Positions 25,251 through 37,768 of a DNA stretch of 64,000 bases are shown here, piece after piece; positions within the stretch are counted from its first letter, which is position 1; each line of letters opens with the position of its first letter. Made by a program: the position numbers and the translations under genes. The DNA is from Eledone cirrhosa. Lineage: Eukaryota. The stretch is taken from the NCBI GenBank assembly GCA_964016885.1, contig OZ024740.1, positions 123,070,001 through 123,134,000 of the forward strand, in the 5' to 3' direction. The notes under the pieces are model-generated. The model was not told the DNA's origin. It ran no database searches and worked only from the letters and a program-made list of their open reading frames with translations.

Positions 25251-28200
25251 TTTCAATAAAAGAGTCTTGTCTTTGTGTTAGAAACTGGCTCTCTATTGGT
25301 GAAAATTTGCAAAATAATTAAACTGGAAGAACATACAAACATGCATAAATATTGCATGAATGACAACAACAGAGACCTTTGGTGTCTTTGGTCCCCTCAC
25401 AATTTATCAGCTCCATAAAATCAGAAAGTTGGTGTTGAGGGGGGGGGGGGAGCCCTTAAGGTTTTCCAGCGGGTATCATTTTGAATGTGAGGTGCCGTTG
25501 AGGCACTGCTCAGATTGGGGTGTAGTTTCTGAGCCTCCTCGGATCCCTTTCTTATTATGTTTTTCTTATTATGTTTTTCTTTATATGTTTTTCTTATTTT
25601 CCTTTTCTTTTTATTTTATTCTCTTTAATATTGTGTTTTGTTTTCATATGAAGATCTTTGTGAAGCAAGAATTTGATTTATTAAAAAAACAACAACATAA
25701 ATATTGATAACAATAAGAAGAATACTAATAACAAGAAGAAAAACAATTATTATAAACATGATCTGAATGAACAGATATTTCCTATTCTGAATGAGCAAGC
25801 AGGTTGACAATTTCTCTATGAATCTTTTCCACAATAATGACATTCTCTCCTGTGGTCAACAAGATACTAAAAGTGAGTGATTAGGTCAAGTAAAATGACA
25901 AGAGCAACACAAATTCAATTACGGTAGGAAATTGAAGACGTGTAGCTACAAACTGGATTCGTTAATTAAAAGAGTAGCCATTGATACAAAACCAAATGAC
26001 CATTGCCGTGTCTGGCAGTGATATAAATGGTTGTCGGTACTGAGATATAAATGGTTCTCATGTAATATGATATTTTTAGTTAGTTCTGTATATAGTGCTG
26101 AATTCTGTAACTGGCAGTAGTGAAAGAAAAAGAAGCCATTGGTATGTTATATGTATATATATATGCACACACACACATAAATATTTATATATATATATTT
26201 ATATATATATATATATATACATATATATATACATATATATATGCATATATATATAACAGCAAAACATTTTAAGACTGAGCTGAGCTCTTTAAATTTCCTG
26301 TCATTTGGAATATTTAGGAGATTTCTCATCAAAATGAAAGGAGAGTGAGAGGTTGAGAAAGAATTGTAAAGAGAGAAAGATGTGAAAGAGAGAGTGAGAG
26401 GCAGAGGGAAAAAAGAGAAAAGATGAGAAGTAAAGACAAGCAATTGAAGATTAAAATAAAGAAATAAATAGTTGAAACAAATATTGAAAGAAATTAAATG
26501 TAGGATCAGGAGAGGAAGAAAGAAAAATAGTTTGCGAAAGATTAGATTAATGGGAACAGATTAAGAAAAATGGATAGAAAGGAGAAAACAAGTTGGTCAG
26601 AAATGAACAGATGAAAATTGATGGTGGGAAATAAAGAGAGAAAGAGGAAATTAGATAACACAAAAAACAGTAAAACACACAAAGATAATGATAAATAAAC
26701 GTTCTGATGTTGTTGCTGCTGCTGCTCTAGTTGTTGGTAATGGCAGTGTCAGTAGGGATGTAACACTACCCTTGAAATTTCTTTTTTTTTTGTGAATTGA
26801 TTCAAGGGATCAATGAACACATTCAAATAATTTACTCATAGCCATTTCCATGTCTGCTGGAGGAATCGAAATTGGCAATATTATGCCTGCTTAGTGCATT
26901 TGACCCATCCTATTTTGCAGTACTTACTATGCACTAATATAAGGTGTGGTTTGTGAGAGATTTGGTTGTTATTGCCAGCAGATTGAGTGGTTTCATAGAA
27001 ACTCGTTGTTTAAAGAGTCTATGTGTCACATGACATCTTAGATCTGTACCTGGAAATCTTTTTCTCCAAGGCATATGCCTGGGTAAGATTTTGTGTATGG
27101 AAGACTAGCACATAACCATATATGAAATTCATTTCTCTCCATACCACCAATATTATCCAAGTAAAAGACAATGGCAAATACATCTTAGCACCAGTACTGA
27201 ATCTAGCAAACCCAGAATACCAAGGGCTAAAAAAGATTCCTCACTGCCTAACAAACAATGTTCTAACAATTCTGCTTTTCACTGGTAGATTACTAATTAA
27301 TCTGCAAAAGATGAAAAGCAAAATTGGCATCATTAAGATTTGAACTGAGAACACATAGTGCCAGAACAAATACTGCGATGCATTTAATCCAATACTTTAA
27401 TAAATCAGATAATTTGTCACCTTTCCTTTTAGAAATCGAAAAGAAAACACATCTAATAACGTGATGTTAGATATATATTGTATTAAAAACGAAAAAATAA
27501 CAAAAAATAAAACAAAAAGATGACCTGCAGCTAAAACACAACAACAGCATGTTTGAAACTAGTCTCCTACATCAGGTGATAAGATGAGGACCCTATCATT
27601 AAAACATCTGAGAAACCTCCTGTTAGGTACAACATCATAGGAGGCCAGCTATTATTGTATAATTGTGAGATGTAAATTTCATTTTTTTTTCACTTTTGGA
27701 GTTATGGAAAATTGAGGGGGAATCTTTTTGGCTGCTTGCATAAAAGTGAGAGGTTACAAATTCTGAACTCTACAATACATATCCAGTTATGTACTAATTG
27801 GTTACTCAATAAACATAGCAAACGAATGGGAAAGAAAAACAAAATAGAAATAAGTATTTGAAGCAGAGATAAGAAATGGAGAGACACCCGTCCCCTTGTT
27901 TTGTTTTTATTGTAACATTGATTTTAGATGTGAATGTTAAAAAAAAGTGAAATAATTACAGAAGCTAATTAGTAAAGAAGCCAACAAATGTAATGTGTCA
28001 GTGTGAGCAGTTTAATACAAACCTGCAGAGAGTAAAGGCAAGATTAGTTATGCAAATTGTTCCAGATTTATTACACGGTCATAATCTAAACCTAAATTAA
28101 TTTCAAATATATATAGATTTATAAAAACTTTCCCATATGTTGAGAGAATATTTAATAAAAGTTTATAGGAAGTACTCTTTTGTTAATGATAAATGTATTT

Positions 28201-29399
28201 TGAGAAAGAATAATTAAAATCAAAATAAGAAAAGACAACTTTGAGTAAAATGGAAAAAAGGAAACCAAATCGTGTAATTATTTAACATCAATAAGGAAAT
28301 TATAACAGAAGAAAGAATTTAACCCAAAGGTAAAAACTATTGTAAGAGCAGATAAAAGAGGAAATATTAGTGAGCTTACAATGGAAATAATGTATAACTT
28401 TATTTTATGGATAATTCTATGTAATTATTAATTTCCTATCACCGTTTTACATGCAACAAAGAATTTGTAAAACATTTAGATTTTTTTGTTTGTTGATTAT
28501 TTTTTTAATTGAAAAAAAAAGAAAAAGAAAAACATTAATTTTGTTGATAGAATTGTAGAAACTTGATTTATAATTAAATAATTTTGATCAATCCTGTTGG
28601 GACTAGGAATTCTATACTGCTAAATGTTCTAAACATATAGGGCACACATACTCAACAAATGGCATAGCTTCTGTACAATAATGACATGCACATTTCTGAA
28701 GGGTTTCACATTTTTAATCAAGCTAATGAGGAACGTTCTGTGTGTTCACTCACCTGCTAAGAAATAGCAGCCAAATCTACCCCAAATCACACCCCACAAC
28801 CATAAACAAAGAAAGGTATACATCAAATAATTTAGTCCTAGATAATGTGGTAAATTGGCAGTCATTAGAACATCAGCTTGAATACTTTTGAAAATAGATT
28901 TTGCCCCTCAATGCTCTGAGTTAAATTCCGCTGAAGTCAACTTTGCCTTTCAAAAATATTTAGAGTATAGTAACAGGCGTCAATTCCCCCCCTCTCTTTC
29001 TCTCTCTCTCTAAGTAGCTGTGTTCAGACCTGAAAAGAAATTGGATCCATCAAGTTTAAATTTACAAGACATGCCATATGTAATGATGAGGTTGCTTTGA
29101 CTATCAGTAGTTAACAGCCCAAGATATCCATAAAGAGATGGAATTGGCACAGCTCTAATACGTTTGGTCATAGGTCTTTTCATTTAGGGTTGACTTTGGA
29201 TTAAACAACAGCAGAAACATGTTGATTTATCCATCATATTTGCTGACAATTTTCTAACTAGTTGAATATTTTCAGAAAAAAGTACAGTTAAGTTAATGAT
29301 CAACCAAACAAGAATTTTTGTTTTAATTTGTATTTATATCTACATTATTTTATCAACAATAGTAGTTACATTATGGAAATCGTGAAAACAATTAATCTC

Positions 29400-29900
29400 A
29401 TCTTTACGCAGGACAAAATTAAGACCACTGATTTCTCTTCTTTGCTTCTTCCTTTTCTTCTTTGACCAGTTATTTCAGAGAGAGTCATGGAATCATTGTT
29501 CCCAAACACACTTTCCAGTGGGTTTTGTGAAAGCAACCATCTCCAATTGAGCTGGGTGGATTCCAAAACAAGACCAACCAAACTCATAGATGTTATCCAA
29601 CCATCTTGCTCGTGATTTTGCAGTTGATTTTGTCCATAAAATCTGACCAGTGATTCTTTACTAAGACATTCTAATCCCATACCCATATTATCAAAGCTGT
29701 GACCTCTCAATTTGGAGAAGTAGTAGCTCTACCTGGAGTAACTCTTTAGTCTTCAAGCTATGCACCCTGTCGAGTGATCTTACTCAAGAGACCATTAGGA
29801 GGAACCCCAATTTGGCCGCTTGTATTCATGATCATATTCATTTGGTCAGTATCCAATGGTTTCTCATTTTATTATGTTTAGCCATATGTCTTACATGATG
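29400..29900 (-). mobile_element. Highly decayed RTE-like C-terminal relic
   Basis: EITGQRRKGRSK and the preceding residues resemble the RTE C-terminal 'GKIEGKRRRGR' region. Confidence 0.35.
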
Positions 29901-32319
29901 CAGAAGACTAACGGTGAAATGTATTCCAACTATGGATATCTCGTATGTGTCTTTTTTAATTCCTTTGATATCAACATGGCCTTGGTTCCATGAAACAAAA
30001 CCTTCTAGTTTGAAAAGTTTGTTAAAGTTATATCTATATGCAAAGTCTGCTGAAAAAGAATCTAACCTTAAGCTGAGTAAAGATTTACATATTTGGTAGG
30101 GTTCAATGGCTAATCCTCTTAAAAATAGGCACCTAGTGTCTCCACAAACTTTGCCCGGATCCTTCTATTGTTAGAAGCATGTCAGGAATACTTATTCTGG
30201 GATGGCACTCAATACTTCAGCTCCACACAATACATTGATTCCTGTCTAAATTTCCTCCTAGACGTAATACTAATGTTAGGCCAAATATTAACAAATCTGA
30301 AATGTCTGCACTTAAACATATACAAAATGATAAAATAATAATAATTAAACAAGCAGATAAAGGGGTGCAATTGTTATAATGGATGCTGAATACTACAAAG
30401 ATTTGGTCGAGGAACAACTGAAAGACACAACATTCTATCATGAAATACCGTCAAATATAGACTACAACATAATGAAGAAGATCAACAACCTGGCTTCAAA
30501 ATATTACAACTCATTTACTTATAAGGAATTTCACCAATTTTGAGCCAAAACCTAGCAACATGTATGGCTTACCGAAAATTCATAAGTAAAAAAAAAATCC
30601 AACTGGCAGTAAAATAACAAAAAAGTGAGTACATTAAATTACTACACCCAGAAGACTTAAAACTTAGACCTATTATAGCTGGTCCAACATGCCCTACCCA
30701 CCGTCTAAGCAATTTTGTTGACATTATTTTGAAACCACTATATATTCACATACCCAGTTTCATGATATCGACTTCCTGTCCCATCTTCCCCAAACCACGG
30801 AAACTAATTTACTTCTTAGTTTTGATGTGGTAAGCCATTACACCAACATTACACATGATTTCAATGGAAAAAGAATTACATCCAAATTAGAGGCACAGCG
30901 ATGGGAACAAAGTTTGCTCCCGTTTACGCGAACTCTGTAATAGGATACTTAGAACAACAACTCTACCAAGAAATATAGCACTGAATTTAGAAAGTACATT
31001 GAAAGGTCTTGGAAGAGATACCTTGACGACTGTTTCATCATCTACACAGAATTTCTAGATACTCTGGATGAGTTCAATACCCTCCTAAATAACCTACAGC
31101 CATCTCTCCAATTTACAAAAGAGATGAGTAGTACCAAATTACCATTCCTAGATATAATGGTAATAAAAAACGACACCACCATTACCACGGATATATACTA
31201 TAAATACACAGACACCCATCAATATCTGAATTTTACGTTGTGCCATCCACCTCATACAAAACACAAAATTCCATACTGCCTAGCCAGAAGAATTTGTACC
31301 ATTGTAGAAGATAACGAATACCAGGAACAAACGCCTAACAGAAGTGAGAGAATGTTTGCTCAAACAAAAATACCCATCTCTACTTATAGAAAATGGCATA
31401 CAGCGGGCTATAAAAATACCTATACAACAACTTAGGACAACCGAAGAAAGAAGAAACCAAGAACTGGTCATACCATACATAATGACACACAACCCATGTC
31501 ACCAGAATATCTTCAACACTGCCAAAGCAAACCTACCGATCATTGCGCAAAGTAATGAATTAAAAGGTTTAATCACAGACAGATCTTTGACTCTTAGTAA
31601 AAGACAGCCGAAAAATTTGAAGCAATTACTAACAAAGGCAAAGTTTGACCTTAACAACAAAGACCAATCATTCACTGTATCCAAATGCAATGATAGTCGA
31701 TGTGGCACATGTCAGTTCATACATACTGGTCAAAAACTGAAAAAATAAAAAAACTGAAAACAAAAACTGAAAAAATATTCCCAAATGGAAATATGAACTG
31801 CAAAAGCAGAAATCTAATTTATTGCATTAAATGCCCGAATTGTGAAGAGCTATATGTCGGTCAAACTGGAAATGCACTATCAGAGTGTGCACGGGTGCAC
31901 CAACAGCAAATCAAAGACCCAAATGTCCGTCAGATACCCCTAAATAAGGATCTAGCAACATGTGGTCAGAAAATATTTATAATATTTCCATTCTACAAAC
32001 TACACAGCCCAAGTGAAATCAAGAGAAAAATTAAATAAAATAATGTTATTGATAAATTCCAACGCAAGCTAAATGAACAATAATAATGCTTAGGGGTATT
32101 ACTTCTACTATGACTATGCCTACGACCATGTCGACTACAACCACTAGCAACAACAACAACAATAATAATAATAAAAGTGCTGTTGATGTTGATGATTACT
32201 GAAGATTTTTTATAAAACCCTAGAAAATGCTATTTTCATCATTTCTAAAAATAGCAAAACAATTCATTATTTGGATAGAGTCAAATAGAAGTAGTTAGAC
32301 ATGCTCAACCAACCGTGAC

Positions 32320-32445
32320 GTTCAAACCAATCAGCTTTAGTAATCTAGTGAAACCACACACCGATTGGTCGAATTACAGTTTGCAAAACTTAGTCCCTTT
32401 TTACTGTATATAAGGCACAGACTTTAGCCATCTCATTACAGTTGA
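32320..32445 (+). promoter_or_regulatory. Putative Pol II promoter in the PLE pseudo-LTR
   Basis: CCAATCAG (~32327), inverted ATTGG (~32364), TATATAAG (~32407) and Inr-like TCATT/ACAGTT 25-30 bp later. AATAAA near 32581. Confidence 0.5.
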
Positions 32446-32476
32446 AAATTGTAAACTTGACTGTCACCACAGAATA

Positions 32477-32515
32477 TGACCCTGAAGATTGTGAAAGCAT
32501 GAAAGTACTTGTTCA
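32477..32515 (+). ncRNA. Minimal type I hammerhead ribozyme of the PLE pLTR (slightly decayed)
   Basis: TGACC-CTGAAGA-T-TG-TGAAAG-CA-T-GAAA-GTAC-TT-GTTCA. Palindromic stem III AGTACT, one mismatch in stem I. Confidence 0.6.
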
Positions 32516-32649
32516 ATTTAACATTTAATATTCTACCATACTATTTCATTATAATATCATTATAATTTTAAAGGATTGTAAATAAAACGAGTAAATCAGA
32601 TTAAGTTGGAATTCCTTTTATTAATATATATATATATGTATATATATAT

Positions 32650-33285
32650 AATTGAATAAACAAGAGAGATGAACACTAATATAAACATACATGTGTTCGA
32701 ATCGTAAGGACTAGGTTGAAAAAAAAATACTAACTACAGCAATATGGTTTGTCAGACTTAATTTTAAGTAGTACATTAAGAAAAATAACATAACTATATC
32801 GGGCAATAGCCTGGTAACAACTAGAGAGTTTTGAAAACTGTTTTGCAACATCTTATTAAGTGAAGTCAACACCTTTCTCTGCTCCTCAGTAGTTGTTAAG
32901 AAATTAGCGATCCTTCCACTTCTAAAAATATTAGAAGACTGAATTGTGTGCAATATGAAATAGCGCACGTGTCTCCGGAACCCAGCTTCTCTCGAAATCC
33001 CATGGCGCTAAAAATAGCAGCCTGGTTAACATCTACTGAGGAGCAGAGAAATGTGTTGACTTCATTTAATAAGAGGTTGCGAAACTGTTTTCAAAACTGT
33101 CTAGTTGTTACCAGGCTATTGTCCGATATAGTTCTGTTATTTTTCTTAGTTTACTACTTAAAATTAAGTCTGACAAACTATATTGCTCTAGTTAGTATAT
33201 TTTTTTTCACCCTAGCTAACCTAGTCCTTACGATTTGAACACGTGTGTTTATATTAGTGTTTATCTCTCTTGTTTAATCAATGTT
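32650..33285. repeat. Fold-back element (arms about 250 bp, spacer about 125 bp), hammerhead family B
   Basis: 32651-32899 is the reverse complement of about 33026-33282. ORFs 32711-32968(-) and 32948-33238(+) share a peptide. Confidence 0.88.
33013..33120 (+). ncRNA. Type I hammerhead ribozyme (family B)
   Basis: AGCCTGGT-TAACATCTA-CTGAGGA-GCAG..TTGC-GAAA-CTGTTTTCAAAACTG-TC-TAGTTGTTA-CCAGGCT. Core and GUC triplet intact. A mutated sister copy lies on the minus strand at 32805-32899. Confidence 0.75.
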
Positions 33286-35149
33286 ATGCAACTCATTCAT
33301 CTTTGATGTTGAATCTTGTGGGTGGTGCGAGAATGGATTTAATTATTATTGAGTAAAATGACAGGAGGCCGGACTGGTGAAATTGCTTCATAGATTTATT
33401 TCAGCAAACACTATGTACATTTCAATGGCCAGGACATGTAAGATCCTGGTGAGATCATCGGGTGTTTATTGCCTAATAGTTATATCGTAAAGGAATAATG
33501 TTAAACACAATCCAAGAATCTATAAGGAGAAAAAGCAGAGAAAGAAACAGAGATAAAAGTTTTTGACTCAAATGTGATCAAGAGAGCCAGTTGTTGTCAG
33601 TTTGGCTGACCACCTTGCATATACACACATATAAATATATATATTGTCATCATCATCACCCGTTTATGTCTGCTGTTCGATAGTCGCGTGAGTTTTTCTC
33701 ACCATACTATCTCTCCAATCGTCTCAGTGACAGCATCACCTCTGTGAGTTTCAGTGATATGAGATCGTTTCTGATACCCTCTGACGAAGGCTTCCTCTAT
33801 TACAGCTTCTATATGGAGTTGAAAGAAAGACATTAGTAGAAATAAATAAGATGAAACTTGTTTAAAATGGTCCCCTGCACGATTCAATGATTTGAGCTCA
33901 GCTCTGACAAATTCAGCCATGGTATTCCTTGGTCTCCCTTTAATACAGCTCCTTCCACTGGAATTTCTTTTCACTTCTTCATCCAATGCTCATCATATGG
34001 TCTCATCATATGGTTTCTGTCTTGTTATGAGGCTAGAGAAATAATGTGGCCATGCCTTGCTCATACAATCCATTTCAGTTTGGTCTTCTATGCATGGATG
34101 CCCTTCCTAATGGAAACCACCTTACAACTTGAAGTGGGTGCATTTTGTTATGGCAAGAGTATTTTTGGTCATGGCACAAGCAATATCACCATACAGAATA
34201 ATATGCACCAGTATTACCTCATTACAACATTAGGTTGCTTGCTGTGTCAGACTTGGGAAGCATTGATGGGAGTGGGAAGTGCAAAGAGGGATGCAGTTCA
34301 TAGGATGCTTGCCAATGACTGAAACATCTTTCCATGGGAAGAGGAAGCACTAAGTCATGGGGTGATCCTGAGACAGCTGGGAGGTGTTTGACTTATTTTA
34401 GAATGTGCCTGACTCTCTGTTGGTCTGGCTTGAACAAGAAATGTGAATGAGGGATGTGAGAAGGGATCAAGGATAGATGGGGAAAGTGAAACAGAGAAAC
34501 TCCACAATTGCTATCCACATTCCCATAGTAGAAATGGAGGCAGGGGAAATGTGTGGGGCGGGTAGATGAAGAAATAGTGTTTACTGGCAAGCGGGGAACT
34601 ACATTCTCCACTTCTCTGATTCTTTATATTTAAAGTGAGGGCTGGTGGATTGGAGAGGAATTGGGACTATACTGGCAGATTTGATCAATATTTTTTATGG
34701 CCATTTAATTCTGCTTGTATGATAAGTCTTTTGCCAGTCATGTTGATCCCTTGTCTCATATTTCATGAGTTTCAGCTGTAAGAGTTTGAGATGCACCACA
34801 TAATCCCAACATTCCGAGGTCTTCCACTGCAATAGGTTCTGCAGATTTTAAGCACATTGCATTTTTTATGCAGCTGTCAATCTTCATACACATCTCATGT
34901 CAGTATCAGCATAGTTTCCGCTGAGGAACATGACATCTGATTCCTCTCATGCATAGATTTTCTCTCAGCACATGCATATATGCTATTACTTATCCATTGA
35001 AATATGCTCTCTTCATTTCTTTCAATACTTGAAAGTCCTCCACACACAAAGCTCATGACTTACTTCCATTCCGCATTGGCATTCACACAGTAGCATCATA
35101 CAAGCAAGGTTCAGTTCTCAACTATATCTTGATTATGATATTTCTCCAA

Positions 35150-35700
35150 GCTATAACAAAGATGCTTAAGATTAGCTATACATAGGAACTTCTGTATGCT
35201 GATGAGCTAGTTCTTATAGCCATATCTGCAGAAGAGCGTGTGAAGAAACCTCTATTGTGGAAACTGAATTTAGAATCAAATAGGCACAGAGTAAACCTTT
35301 CAAAGACCAAAGTTTTGTATTAGGAAAGAGCACAAGACACGGATTCCATCAGAGAAGAAGCCAGGCTCATTATGTAGAAAAAGAGTAGGCTGGAACTCTA
35401 TGATATATTTAATGTAGAGTATGGATACAAAAGAAATTAGTTAGAATGCTCCATTTGATCTGTAATGTTAATGTGCATGAATGATGGGGCATGGATTAAC
35501 CCAGAGAAAAACTGTATAAAATGAATCAGGTGCAGTGTGCAAGAGACCAGACAGTGCTGGTATGGATATGTAATGCATACAGATGATGATCTTTGGATGA
35601 AGAAGTGCTAAGAGTTCCAAGTGGAAGGAAGGTGCAGTAAAGAACACCCATCCAATCCATGCAAGCATGTAAAAATGGACATAAAAAGGATGGTGATAAT
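35150..35700 (+). mobile_element. Old RTE relic
   Basis: GAACTTCTGTATGCTGATGAGCTAG (ELLYADEL), VNLSKTKVL-like segment and tail CCATGCAAGCATG..GGACATAAAAAGGATGGTGAT. Confidence 0.55.
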
Positions 35701-36231
35701 ATATATATGTACATGTATCGTGTAACTAAGTACATCCTGTGCATAGTCGCATCATTGGCGACTAAACCGGCAACCCCACGAAGCTTGCTTGCTTAGTGAG
35801 AAGGGTGATTGTGAACACACTGCGGGATGAAAAACAAAGGCCATCAAAGGGCGGAGAACCTCAAGAGAGTCAACTGCCATACAATAAAGTTTTTTTTTTC
35901 TGGAGTGACGGATTCCTAGTCTTCATTAAGACATCTCTCTAGGAGAAGGTCACTCTGATATAAAACCTGTGATATTGTTTGCATCCAATTATGTAGACCA
36001 GTTCTTCTTTTGGGGCAAATGCATTCGATGTTCAGAGAGTATGATTGGCCCTGTGCAAAGCATTTCCTCTCTTAAAAAAGTTTCAAGCACAGGCATTGTT
36101 TTGTGATGCATGGTATTGACTAAAAAGCCATATCTGTGATGTTCATGTTTAACTATTAAGCAATGGCATTACTCAAAATCAAGTTACAGCCATCATATAT
36201 ATATATATATATATCATCATCATCACCATCA

Positions 36232-37768
36232 TAATTATCATCATCATCATTTAACGTCCATCTTCCACGCTAGCATGGGTTTGCACGGGAATTGTCCCAC
36301 TTGAGGCAAGATTGTTGGTTGTCTTGCTCGTATACGACTGTCTGGCGGGTTTTCTACGGATGGATGCCCTTCCTAACACCAACCACGTTTACAGTGTAGA
36401 CTGGGAGATTTTTACCGTGTTACATACACGGCCACATTACAGCGTGGACTGTGTGTTTTTTGTTGTGACACCTACACCACCTCATTTATTTAGGACTGGA
36501 TAATGTGGTACCAACATAACTTTACATCGAAAGGGGTGGTGTGGATGAGGTGGGGGTGATGGGACGGGGGTGTATTTTAGTAAGAGGTGCCTACTGACTG
36601 TAGGTTTCGCTTTGCACTTAGGCAAGGCGGGTCTTCTGTATTACTGTGTAGCGCCAAAGATCTTGTTCCAGTGACATTGTCTTGGAGAGGTGTAAGTGTG
36701 TGAGGTTGCAATTTATCAAGTCGTCCCAGGTTTTGCTGGCTCTGCCTACTCCGTGGCTACCGTCTATTTTGATCGCCCTGCACTTTTTTATACAGCTGTC
36801 GTCTTTCATGTGCATCACGTGACCATACCAACGTAGTCTTCTCTCAAGTAAACAGCATCTGATCCCTCTCATTCCTAATTTCTCACTTAGTTCATTTATG
36901 CTTTGCCGTTCACGTATATTACTATTACATATCCAACGGAGCGTGCAAGCTTTGTTCCTCTCCAGTCTGCGTATATCCTCTGCACACAATGCCCAAGTCT
37001 CACTGCCATGTAACACTGCTGTTTCATAGGCAGGCATCATACAGCCTGCTTTTCATTTTTAGAGAGAAACCATTAGCGGCCAATAGTGGTATAAGCTCTC
37101 TGAACTTTTTCCATCACGTTCTGACTCTAGCTACTGTACTTTCAGAGCACCCTCGACCACTGCTGGTTTTGTCACCCAGGTAACGGAAGGTGTCCACTAT
37201 TTATATAGAACCATCTGTGCTAGTATTTTGTGGGCACTTGCTGTTACTTATTGCACCTGAGCACCAGCCACATATAAAATCTATATTCTTAGTTAGCTTA
37301 CCTGTGATCCCACTACATCTTTTATGCACCCATACTTTGCATTTGGGACATAAAATGGAGTTTCTGCCTACTCCTTTCCTACACACTGAGCATGGCCATT
37401 TCCCAGATGGGACCAGTGCCCTATTTTCCTTCCTACATACTAGAACTTTAGTCTTAGACAGGTTAATTTTAAGGCCCTTTGATTTTAGGCCATGCTTCGA
37501 TGTTTGGAATTTCTTCTCTAGTTCAGCCATTGATTCAGCTATAAGCATTAGATTATCAGCATATAGGAGTTCCCATGGGTAACCGGTCTTGAACTCCTCT
37601 GTTATAGCCTGAAGGGCAATAAAAAATAGTAGGGGGCTAAGGACGGAGCCCTGATGAACACCAACTTTTACGCTAAACTCTTCACTATATTCATTGTTAA
37701 TTCTAACCTTGCTGACTGTTTCTTTATACATGGCTTGTATAGCTCTCACAAGCCATTCATCAACACCT
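36232..37768 (-). mobile_element. 5'-truncated RTE LINE copy
   Basis: ORFs 37201-37768 (GVDEWLVRAIQ..YADN..PHD-like) and 36618-37040. (CAT)n tail near 36235. The 5' end abuts (TA)n. Confidence 0.92.

Larger units (their letters stand above)
30190..32625 (+). mobile_element. Penelope-like element (Neptune-like), decayed ORF plus 3' pseudo-LTR
   Basis: IIIKQADKG, YGLPKIH, LRPIIAGP, GTAMGTKFAP (frameshifted), WKRYLDDCF, LPFLDI, Cys linker CNDSRCGTC, GIY-YIG NLIYCIKCPNCEELYVGQTG. Many stops and frameshifts. Ends in (TA)n. Confidence 0.9.
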
